A stretch of DNA of 64,000 nt from Octopus bimaculoides (taxonomy: Eukaryota), in assembly GCF_001194135.2 (NCBI RefSeq), contig NC_068981.1:87408025-87472024 (forward strand), given 5' to 3'. The notes beneath the pieces are model-generated. The model saw only the letters and a program-made list of their open reading frames with translations. It made no database searches and had not been told where the DNA came from. Below, in pieces: positions 25,474 through 35,684 of this stretch. Each line of letters opens with the position of its first letter. The stretch's first letter is position 1. Position numbers and translations under genes: made by a program.

Positions 25474-26121
25474 CCACTCCCCAAAGCAAGCAGTTCCATT
25501 TTACTGTTCTAATTAATCATAATTTCATCAGTCTTTTTATACAATCTTACATAACTCGCACGTATTCCAACAAGTCGTCAAACAATACCACGCTCGGCAA
25601 TGTATCATACTGGAAACAGAAGTCCTGTTAGTTTCATTTCCGAACCAAACAGTTCCCGCAGATTTAATGCTATTTCTCTTTCTCTCCAATAGTGCTGCTT
25701 TCGCGTCGCTGTGAAATAAATCTTCATCCAATTTTACTCTTGTTAAATTTTTTTACTTTTGCGATCTTTTTTCAATTTCTACATTCTTCTTATAAATCAC
25801 CATCGTTCTTATATTGTCCTATCGGTTTCCTTCTATCTCACATGTGCGTTATTTTTTGTTTTACTCTCTCCTTCCACATTTCATATCTCTCTTTTTGACT
25901 CCTACTTGTTGTCGGCTCCGGTTCCGGGGTTCGCATTGCACTCTCTTCCTCTTTCTCTTGTTTTCGCCGCCTTTCATGAAAAAAAAAACGACAGCAAATT
26001 CCCATCACAATGTTCACCAAGAAGGTACATCCCCTAAAACACCTGAAGAGCTTTAAATTTTCTTTGCTGTGTAGTCATTACCTTCATCAACATCGTCTTA
26101 AATCATTATTATTCATTATTG
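25474..26121. promoter_or_regulatory. Putative divergent promoter region with outward-facing first exons
   Basis: Repeat-free, CpG-richer island; minus-strand donor TGG|gtaagc at 25473 and plus-strand donor TTG|gtgagt at 26122. Confidence 0.4.
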
Positions 26122-26289
26122 GTGAGTAACCATACATTTTACTTTATTTTTTATTAAATTATTATCAAATATTTTATATATATATATATATAATTTTTCA
26201 TAGAAAACCATGTAATCGTTACCAATATAGGAAGAGATTTCACCGCAAAAAAGTCTAAATTAGACTCCTTAGGAATCGTTCTCCTTGTT

Positions 26290-26761
26290 TATATATATCC
26301 AGTTTTAAATTTAAAAGAGAGATTTCACGCTAATATCCATTATTATTGTAATTTATTCCTATGTCAACATTTCTATATAAAACTATATTTGACCGTCAAA
26401 TTTAAGTCAAACATATAAGTTGCCTTACACGTCTTCAGGGAATACATTTGAGAACAAACAAAAATCAAGAATAGGAGATCAATAGCACATTTCTAGGTTT
26501 CGTCCATATTTAAATTTGTCGTTAAATGACGAAACCTAGAAATGTGCTATTGATCTCCTATTCTTGAATTTTGTTTGATTTTTGTTTGTTCTCAAAAGTA
26601 TTCCCCGAAGACGTGTAAGGCAACTTATATGTTTGACTTAAATTTGACGGTCAAATATAGCTTTATACAGAAATGTTGACATAGGAATAAATTACAATAA
26701 TAATGGATATTAGCGTCAAATCTCTCTCTTAAATTTAAATTTAAAACTTTGGATATATATA
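26290..26761. repeat. About 470-bp near-perfect palindrome (fold-back MITE-like), flanked by TA runs
   Basis: Arms about 26290-26504 and 26528-26761 are reverse complements with few mismatches or indels; 23-nt spacer. Confidence 0.9.
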
Positions 26762-26804
26762 TATATATATAACGTTATATTTTGACAGACATTTTTATGA
26801 ACCA

Positions 26805-26880
26805 TGTTTAATATTTGCAGTTTTTCATTATTCGCAGGTGCTCTAGGACCGTAACCACCGTAAATACCGGGGGACTACTG
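26805..26880 (-). mobile_element. Tigger-like terminal inverted repeat
   Basis: Minus strand TA|CAGTAGTCCCCCGGTATTTACGGTGG, resembling MER44/Tigger7-type ends. Confidence 0.6.
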
Positions 26881-28009
26881 TACTGCACATATACAAAAAT
26901 AGCTTGTTGTTATTGAAATTTTAATGAAGGAGACTTGGACGTAGGTTAGAAACTGGCTCTTTCTCTACTGACAAGAAATCTTGAAATAAAACTGAATGAT
27001 ATACATGGACCAGTTCACTGAGAAAATAGTACATAGGTATTTGGCACGTAAAACACAAGCCAAGCTTGGCATGGAGCATCAAGTTTCTGACCAGACACTC
27101 AAACGTCGAAAACATCCATACATTCATATATATTGAGATATCGTTTCTCAATCTATGAGCCTTCACAGAATGCAAGAATGGCTAAGTGCCATCACAAGAT
27201 CCTACATAGACATTACTGATAAACTTTTTAAAATCAATATCAACCAACATACTCACCTATTCCATAATCCCATTAGTCACACCACATCACCTTGATATTG
27301 AAATACCTCGGGTAACTTGCGAATCAAGTGTTGATTAACTTGAAAACAATTGCTAGGGCCAAATCTTATTCATTTAACCATGGTTTCTGTAACATATTCA
27401 TTACCATTACTTACCACATCCTCTTCTCTAGGAATCATGCTTGCATGAGCTAGATAGAATTCATTGAGGTAGATTTTCTATGGCTGGATACCTTTCCTGT
27501 ACCTAACCCTCACCTATTTCCAACGCTTTGCATGTAAGAAATGAGTAGCATCACTCATGATGATAATGGTCATTTAAAACCATGTTAGTTCAAGACAGGC
27601 AACATGCACATACACACACACACACACACGTATGCATAATTTTTATACCTATTTTTCTATACTCACATAGGTTGGATGGTATTTTGTTGAGGCAAATTTT
27701 TTATGTCCAGTTGCTCTTCCAGTTGCCAACACTTACCTATTTCTAATTAAGATAACATTTCCTCATAACTAAAAATGTTTTCACAGAAGGTTGGGGACAA
27801 AGGACACTGCTTGCACAAGTGACACTCATTTACAACTTTCATGCAATGTCAAGGCAAGGAAGAAGTCATGCACATACACACTCACTCACACAGCACTTCC
27901 AGTTCCTGTCTATCAAATCTACTCATGAAGCTTTGGTCAGATGGGTCTAGAGTAGAACATACCCAAGATTCTCTTCAGTTTAACTGAACTTGAAAGCACA
28001 TGGTTAGGT

Positions 28010-28292
28010 TGGCACCCCGTCGCGGGTTCCAGTTGATCCGATCAACGGAACAGCCTGCTCGTGAAATTAACGTGCAAGTGGCTGAGCACTCCACAGATAC
28101 GTGTACCCTTAACGTAGTTCTCAGGGAGATTCAGCGTGACACAGTGTGACAAGGCTGACTCTTTGAATTAGAGGCACAACAGAAACAGGAAGAAAGAGTG
28201 AGAGAAAGTTGTGGTGAAAGAGTACAGCAGGGTTCGCCGCCATCCCTTGCCGGAGTCTCGTGGAGGTTTAGGTGTTTTCGCTCAATAAACAC
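28010..28292 (-). mobile_element. Family-C SINE (about 390-bp family), head lost in gap
   Basis: Reverse-complement match to 56310-56703. Confidence 0.85.
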
Positions 28293-28554
28293 NNNNNNNN
28301 NNNNNNNNNNNNNNNNNNNNNNNNNNNNNNNNNNNNNNNNNNNNNNNNNNNNNNNNNNNNNNNNNNNNNNNNNNNNNNNNNNNNNNNNNNNNNNNNNNNN
28401 NNNNNNNNNNNNNNNNNNNNNNNNNNNNNNNNNNNNNNNNNNNNNNNNNNNNNNNNNNNNNNNNNNNNNNNNNNNNNNNNNNNNNNNNNNNNNNNNNNNN
28501 NNNNNNNNNNNNNGAAGAAGAAAAAGCAAAACAAAAGTTACATTAAATAAAAGT

Positions 28555-28560
28555 TTTATT
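28555..28560 (-). promoter_or_regulatory. Candidate CDCA7 polyadenylation signal AATAAA (about 1.15-kb 3'UTR)
   Basis: AATAAA on minus strand followed by a U-rich tract; position downstream of the stop. Not unique in AT-rich DNA. Confidence 0.4.
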
Positions 28561-29708
28561 AAATATATATCATGTTTCAAAGTAACTATTTACAAGTGTG
28601 AATCTACGTATCTAAGTATACAATTTTACCTGAACTAGACTCCCATAGAGTGGTTTCTAATATCAGAATTAGATACACAGAACAGTTTGTCAAAATAACA
28701 CTGGGTAACAAATTTTTTTTCTTTTTTTTTTTTTTTCGTCTTTGATCAGTGTTATTTCCTATTTGCTTCTATCTAGAAATCAAAGGAAAAGACTACTATT
28801 CCCTTCAGATTTTGCATTTGTGACTCAGACATCAATGTGTTGAAATTAACCTATTTTCCATTACATTTAAGACAGATTCAGCACCAAGTTGCTGAAATAA
28901 AGATATCGTTATAGCAAATATTCTCCTCAATACCAGATTTGCTTGACCATAACCACTTGAGCATGTCTTTTAGTGGCTGATAATATGTACGTCTCTGATC
29001 ATGAGCAGGAGAAGTGAGAGAGCATCATAGTCATGTATTGAGAGGGATTCTTTTGGGTTTGAACAAATGTAACAAAAGCTAAATTTGGAAGAAATACTAG
29101 CCATTTTTCATACTTCCAAAGGGTAAGCAAATAGGAAATAACAGTTGCTACCCAAGGACAAAATCGTGTTACACAGTATTGTAATTATTATTATTTTTTT
29201 TTTTGTTTTATAGATTAAAAGATAAAAATGGTAGAAGTTTAAAATTCAGGCTTGAGAAGTCCACTTTTCTATTTAATGACAGGTGATAAATTTCTGAATG
29301 AGTGTTGTCAAATGACACCTTTGTTTTAAGGCAAATCATGAAGAACCACTGTGTAACTGTTTTGTGTTGCACAGTATATTATGATGGCACTTCCTGGTAG
29401 TAGCAAAATTGGTATCAACAATAAAAGTACCAACACATGTCTACATGAAGAAGAAGTAAATGGCCTTTTTTTTTATCCTCACTATTTGCATGTATTCAAA
29501 TATCAACTTATGAGGGGGTTCAAACGAATTCAACAAAATGTAACATGAACATCAAAGAAAGCAAAAAAACATTCAGTTAAGTCCTTTGACTAGCCCTCAG
29601 GAAAATGCAGTTAATTTTTCAAGGCAGCACTTCAAGTCTTTTATCACAGTAAACTAATTATCTCATATTATGTTGGTTGTTCATAAGGCCATCAGTTGTA
29701 CATGAATA

Positions 29709-29721
29709 TTATTTTCTCAAA
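29709..29721 (-). CDS. CDCA7: CDCA7 terminal coding exon (S-L-R-K-stop)
   Basis: ttctattttacag|T TTG AGA AAA TAA; completes YLKSLRK*, compare human YLKSLKQ. Confidence 0.75.
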
Positions 29722-32700
29722 CTGTAAAATAGAAAAACAAAATAACTAAATCACTAGTAATTCATCAAAATTTATCTAAATCATATTAGATAGTCTGTGT
29801 ATTTGATAAGTACACTGAACTTTATTACACTACAAGCAGAAATACCCGGCTTTGCCCGGGTTAAAGAGAATAATGAAATCTAAAAACGCCGTCTAGACTA
29901 CGCAACCCTCAACTGTTAGTAGCTACGATACCATATTTCTACCTTAATAACTCTCCAATCCATGCCAGCATGGAACATAGACATTAAGTGGAATGCCAGT
30001 CTCTCATCTAGGAGGGCCTTGAAATCAATGTTACCAACTGGGGACTATGTGTGTGTCGCAGTGATAATAAAAAGACCCAAAGGAGGTCTGCAACGAAATA
30101 ATTTTACTCAACACTTTGCAAGTGAATCAGTGGAGGCAAAGATGCGTCTCATTTACTTGATANNNNNNNNNNNNNNNNNNNNNNNNNNNNNNNNNNNNNN
30201 NNNNNNNNNNNNNNNNNNNNNNNNNNNNNNNNNNNNNNNNNNNNNNNNNNNNNNNNNNNNNNNNNNNNNNNNNNNNNNNNNNNNNNNNNNNNNNNNNNNN
30301 NNNNNNNNNNNNNNNNNNNNNNNNNNNNNNNNNNNNNNNNNNNNNNNNNNNNNNNNNNNNNNNNNNNNNNNNNNNNNNNNNNNNNNNNNNNNNNNNNNNN
30401 NNNNNNNNNNNNNNNNNNNNNNNNNNNNNNNNNNNNNNNNNNNNNNNNNNNNNNNNNNNNNNNNNNNNNNNNNNNNNNNNNNNNNNNNNNNNNNNNNNNN
30501 NNNNNNNNNNNNNNNNNNNNNNNNNNNNNNNNNNNNNNNNNNNNNNNNNNNNNNNNNNNNNNNNNNNNNNNNNNNNNNNNNNNNNNNNNNNNNNNNNNNN
30601 NNNNNNNNNNNNNNNNNNNNNNNNNNNNNNNNNNNNNNNNNNNNNNNNNNNNNNNNNNNNNNNNNNNNNNNNNNNNNNNNNNNNNNNNNNNNNNNNNNNN
30701 NNNNNNNGTGATTGTTTCAGTTAGTAGAATAGTTTCATTTTTAAAGTGAAAGTATTTGACATGAGTGTTTTTGTTTCACTTTTGACACGTAATACTTAAA
30801 TAGTGGAGGAGATATTATGTTGCCGTGGGCTCGAACTCTGCAAGAAGTTAAATTTTTTTTTTTACTAAAACACAACTGGAACCCTAAGTAAGGCATGTGT
30901 AAAATTTGAATGAAATTGGTTGTGTAGTTCTCGAGTTTTAGGGATTCACACACACAGACAGACAGACAGACAGACAGACACACATTCTCATTTTTATATA
31001 TATAGATAGATACTTACCATCTAAGTACACATTTCAGAACTTAATTTGGATTGCTTTAGAACAAGCATGAGGAACCTTTTTTTTGAGAAGCGAGTCGCAT
31101 GAGACATGGCTCATCATCAGATGGGTCACAAGTGCTAATTTACATCCGTACCCACATTAAAAAAAAAGGGTGGTAACTCAGGTTGCTATGATTCGTTTCT
31201 TTAGAATTCATACAAATTTCCTCAATCATAAAAATGATAGAAAGATAAATTATGACTAAAAGGTTGGGGTAGAAAAATCAGAAAGATTTCACTTTCATTT
31301 AATCGTAGATTTTATTATTCTGATATGTAAATTAGTGCCAAAAATCATTCCCCATAGAAAAGAATTATTATGAACATTTGTTTTTGAAGCAAAACATGTG
31401 AATATTCACCAATATTTTTAAATATCATACTTAATCATTGTTATGTATGTGATTTAGTTGAACCATTTCAAGCTATGGTACCTGGGGAAAATGCTTAAAA
31501 AATGTAAATAAACAATTTTAAAAAATGAAAATTATTTGTGCATTTAACATTACATGTTATCTATGATTAAAGGAAAGAAACTAAAGAAAAAAAAAAACAA
31601 ATTGAAAAACAAATTAATTTGATCTGAAGTATAACAACCAGAAATCAAAGGAAAAAAAAGTAGCATAGACAAGGAAAATAGTTCAACTAAGCCACACACA
31701 ATGACTAAAACACTGCTTAACAAAATACAGACAAGTAAGATCATATTTATCCATTTGTTATTGATGTTAATAGGAATAATTTCCTCACAAATTTTAATGA
31801 GAAACCTGGTATTGTACATTTTCTATGAGTTTCTCAATATTTACAGGAATTTGCAATGTTGCAACTCATAAATAGCCTTCCAAGTGACTATCAGTCAATC
31901 TTGACCTGGTTTTCAACTTTATTATTTTCATTCTAGAAAAGAGTTGTTTGCATATATATATATACGTACTACCAAACATGGTGGCATATCTTCCAGCAAA
32001 GCACACTAATTTCGGGTGGTTTTCTTTGGGCAGAGTTCCATAAAAATGCATCAAAGATTGCTCTTCAAATTTTTGCCAAAGAAATTCATCACTCTCAAGC
32101 TCAATTAGACCCATTTGCAATTCCTTTTGAACATTTTCAACATCACCATTAAAAGGATTTCCAAAAGGATGAAAATCAGTTTCTCTAGCTCTAAAGTCAT
32201 TAAATCTGGTGTTCAGTTCTTTTTTTCAGCTCATTTAGCTCCACAACAAAATCATCATATCTAGACATTGAGCCATGAATGGCTAGTATGAGGAAATGGA
32301 AAGCATCACCAGTCCTGAATTGATTCTCCCAAATTTGAAGTTTTGTTTGAAAAGCTTTGACATGAGAATACATTGCATAAATTAACTGATTTTACTTCTG
32401 CAATTTTAAATTTAAATCATTTAAATGTGTAGTTATATCCACGAGGAATGCAAGGTCACAAATTCCATTGCTTGTTGTGGCATAATTTCTACAGCTGGAT
32501 GCCCTTCCTAATGCCAACCACTGGGTGCTTTTTATGTGGCACCAGTACCAATGCTTTTAATGTAGTACTAACAAATATATGTTTTTAAAAATATATCACC
32601 TACCTTTTTAGATAATCACTGACATTGGAAAACCCCATATCACGAGCATGGTGTATCATTCTACCAGTACATGCACGCCCCTTCTTCCTTCGGCAGAAAC

Positions 32701-33408
32701 TGCAGTTACAGATACCTCGACAAGGTGGACACACCCAGTTCTAGTTAAACAGATTGAATATAAATATATCAGAGAAAAAAGAAAACAAATGCTGCATTAT
32801 GACTAACTTTTATTCTAACAATTATTCTAAAATATTTGGTTCTGAATTCTATCTACCAATTTTCTCTACCCACTCAGTTTCAAACTTTCTTTCAGACCAA
32901 AATAGTCAACTATAGAATTGAATATTGGAATAACTTCTATTCAAGTATTTAATTGGGTTTAGTAATCTTAGTATATGTCACTAGTTCTCACAGAGTTTAT
33001 CAGCGCCTTACATTTTATTTTTATTATATTCTGATGGCTTTAAAAGGGCGCATTTATTATTATTATACACACACACACACATATATACTCAAACACATAC
33101 ATACATATATGTACATATATACATCTATATATACATGCATATATACATATATCTATGTATATATATGTGGAGGCGCATGGCCTAGTGGTTAGGGTGTCAG
33201 CACCATGGTCATAAGATTGTGGTTTCGATTTGTGGACCGGGCGACGCGTTGTGTTCTTGAGCAAAACTCTTCATTTCACGTTGCTCCAGTCCACTCAGCT
33301 GGCAAAAATGAGTAACGTTGCAATGGGCTGGCGTCCCGTCCAGCTGGGGAACACATACGCCATTGAAACCGGGCCCATGAGCCTGGCTAGGCTTTAAAAG
33401 GGCGCATT

Positions 33409-33467
<59 letters not shown>

Positions 33468-35651
33468 AATATACCGCCGGTTAACTAGCTAAACAGGGAA
33501 ACACATGGAAGTCATGCTAATAACTAACTACAAGACTTCAGATTCAACCTCCTCTATTCTTCAACTACCTCACAATGAAATTAATGAACTTTGAACATAA
33601 CTAAAATGTAAGACTTTTGAATCATTGAACTTTTTCTTTTCCAATTTCTCCATCTATCTTTCACTCTATTCCCCTCTGTGTCTATCTCTTCCTTCTTCGT
33701 TCTGATGATGTCTACCATTTGCAATGAGGTAAACACCTATTTACCACAACTATGGTACACAGAAACCCTAACCTTGCTTGATTAGTTAAATAATGGCTTT
33801 TAGCACAACAGATACACTTCTATTTGTTGCTTTTCCTCCATTTTCTTATCTTCTATATATATACATCAAACTATGGTTTACCTCGTAAATTACCTGCTGC
33901 TGTATACCTTACACCAAAGACCATACTTACTGAGGTAAATACCAGGCGTGCCTCCAGATACTTCTATCTCTTAGAGGGCTAACACCTCTAACTTATACCT
34001 TATATACATACATATATACATCCATATATATGTATGCAACTGCTCTAGAAAGTATTGCATAGTGTGGAATATCAGATCAGGTGTAAAATAAAATTATCAA
34101 GTGAAAAAGTACCTGAACTTATAGCTCAGAAGGTTAGGAAAACTGGAGTTTGGATGTGACTAAAATTTTATATTTTCTTATCTTTCTGTAGTTGAAGGAC
34201 TGTTACTATTGTCAGTTTTATGAGACATTTGTGCAAGCAAAAAGTTCTATTCTATATATCAAATGTGAACTGTAGGTGTACAAAAGATGCAAAAACATCT
34301 ACCTGGCAGACTGAAATAAATAAATGACTTTTATAACTTGCAGGTGCACTAGACTGCTGCCAACTAAGAGGTTTTCTCTCTCTCTAAATGAAGAGTCTTG
34401 TGTACAAAATGCAATATTATGATAATGAAACATGAGTAATAAATACAGAGGATATATAACCTAGAAAGAAATGAGGTGAGCATACACTACTGGATGTATA
34501 ATGTTAGTATGCATGAATGATGGAGTATAAATGAGCTAAAAGGAAAACTGAGCAGAGAGGAGACTTCTAACTTGTATATGTACGTTTCTAATGGCCATGT
34601 AGAAGTGAAATGATGGCATTAATATCCCATTGAAACAAAGAGAGGCATTAAAATCTGAGTTTTTACCAAGTCATATAATGGCTACGCAAATAAAATACTG
34701 AATAAACAAATCTATGTCCTGAAATAAACTCAGTGGCAGGTCAACAATGGACTATGTAAACCTGTATTTTTTAGGTTAACTTTTACTTTTAGGGATTTAA
34801 AAAATTTTTTTTTTTTTTATTTGGATTTTATTCTTAAAATGTTGGCAGAAAGAGACATTCATTTGGGAAAGCAGTATGAGCTAGGTTTAAAAAAATAATA
34901 AAGCTAGGTTAAAAAAATAAAGCGACAACAAGTAGCACCAAAATGGTCACCTTGTTAACACAATATTCATAGACAAGAAGATTTTAAACAAGTTATCTAT
35001 AATACAANNNNNNNNNNNNNNNNNNNNNNNNNNNNNNNNNNNNNNNNNNNNNNNNNNNNNNNNNNGATTTTATTCTTAAAATGTTGGCAGAAAGAGACAT
35101 TCATTTGGGAAAGCAGTATGAGCTAGGTTAAAAAAAATAAATAAAGCTAGGTTAAAAAAATAAAGCGACAACAAGTAGCACCAAAATGGTCACCTTGTTA
35201 ACACAATATTCATAGACAAGAAGATTTTAAACAAGTTATCTATAATACAAATAAAACTGTAACCAGGCAACAGAAAAGTGGTAAACTGGAGAAAGTTATC
35301 TCATTCACAATAATCTCTCAAAATAGAATAACTTGTTAATGCTTGTAGCACTTATTCCGTAAATTTTTTGTATAAATTCCTTTCAATCTTAACACAGGAA
35401 CAATTTTCCTGATAAGCAAATTTTTATTTTGCTCTATTTCACTAGTAACTTATTATATACACATATATCCTATCTTTTACTTGCTTCAGTTGCTAGACTG
35501 CAGCCATGCTGGAGCACTGCCTTAAAGGATTTTTAGCCAAACAAATCAACTCCAAAATTTATTTCGGCCTAGTACTTATTTTATCAGTATCTTATGGGAG
35601 ATGTAAACACACCAAGAGCAGTTGTCAAGTGGTGATGGGGAGACAAAGGCA

Positions 35652-35684
<33 letters not shown>

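Noticed and set aside
34605-34665. C/D-box snoRNA-like pattern (ATGATGG...CTGA)
   Set aside because: Imperfect C box, too short, and antisense to the host gene
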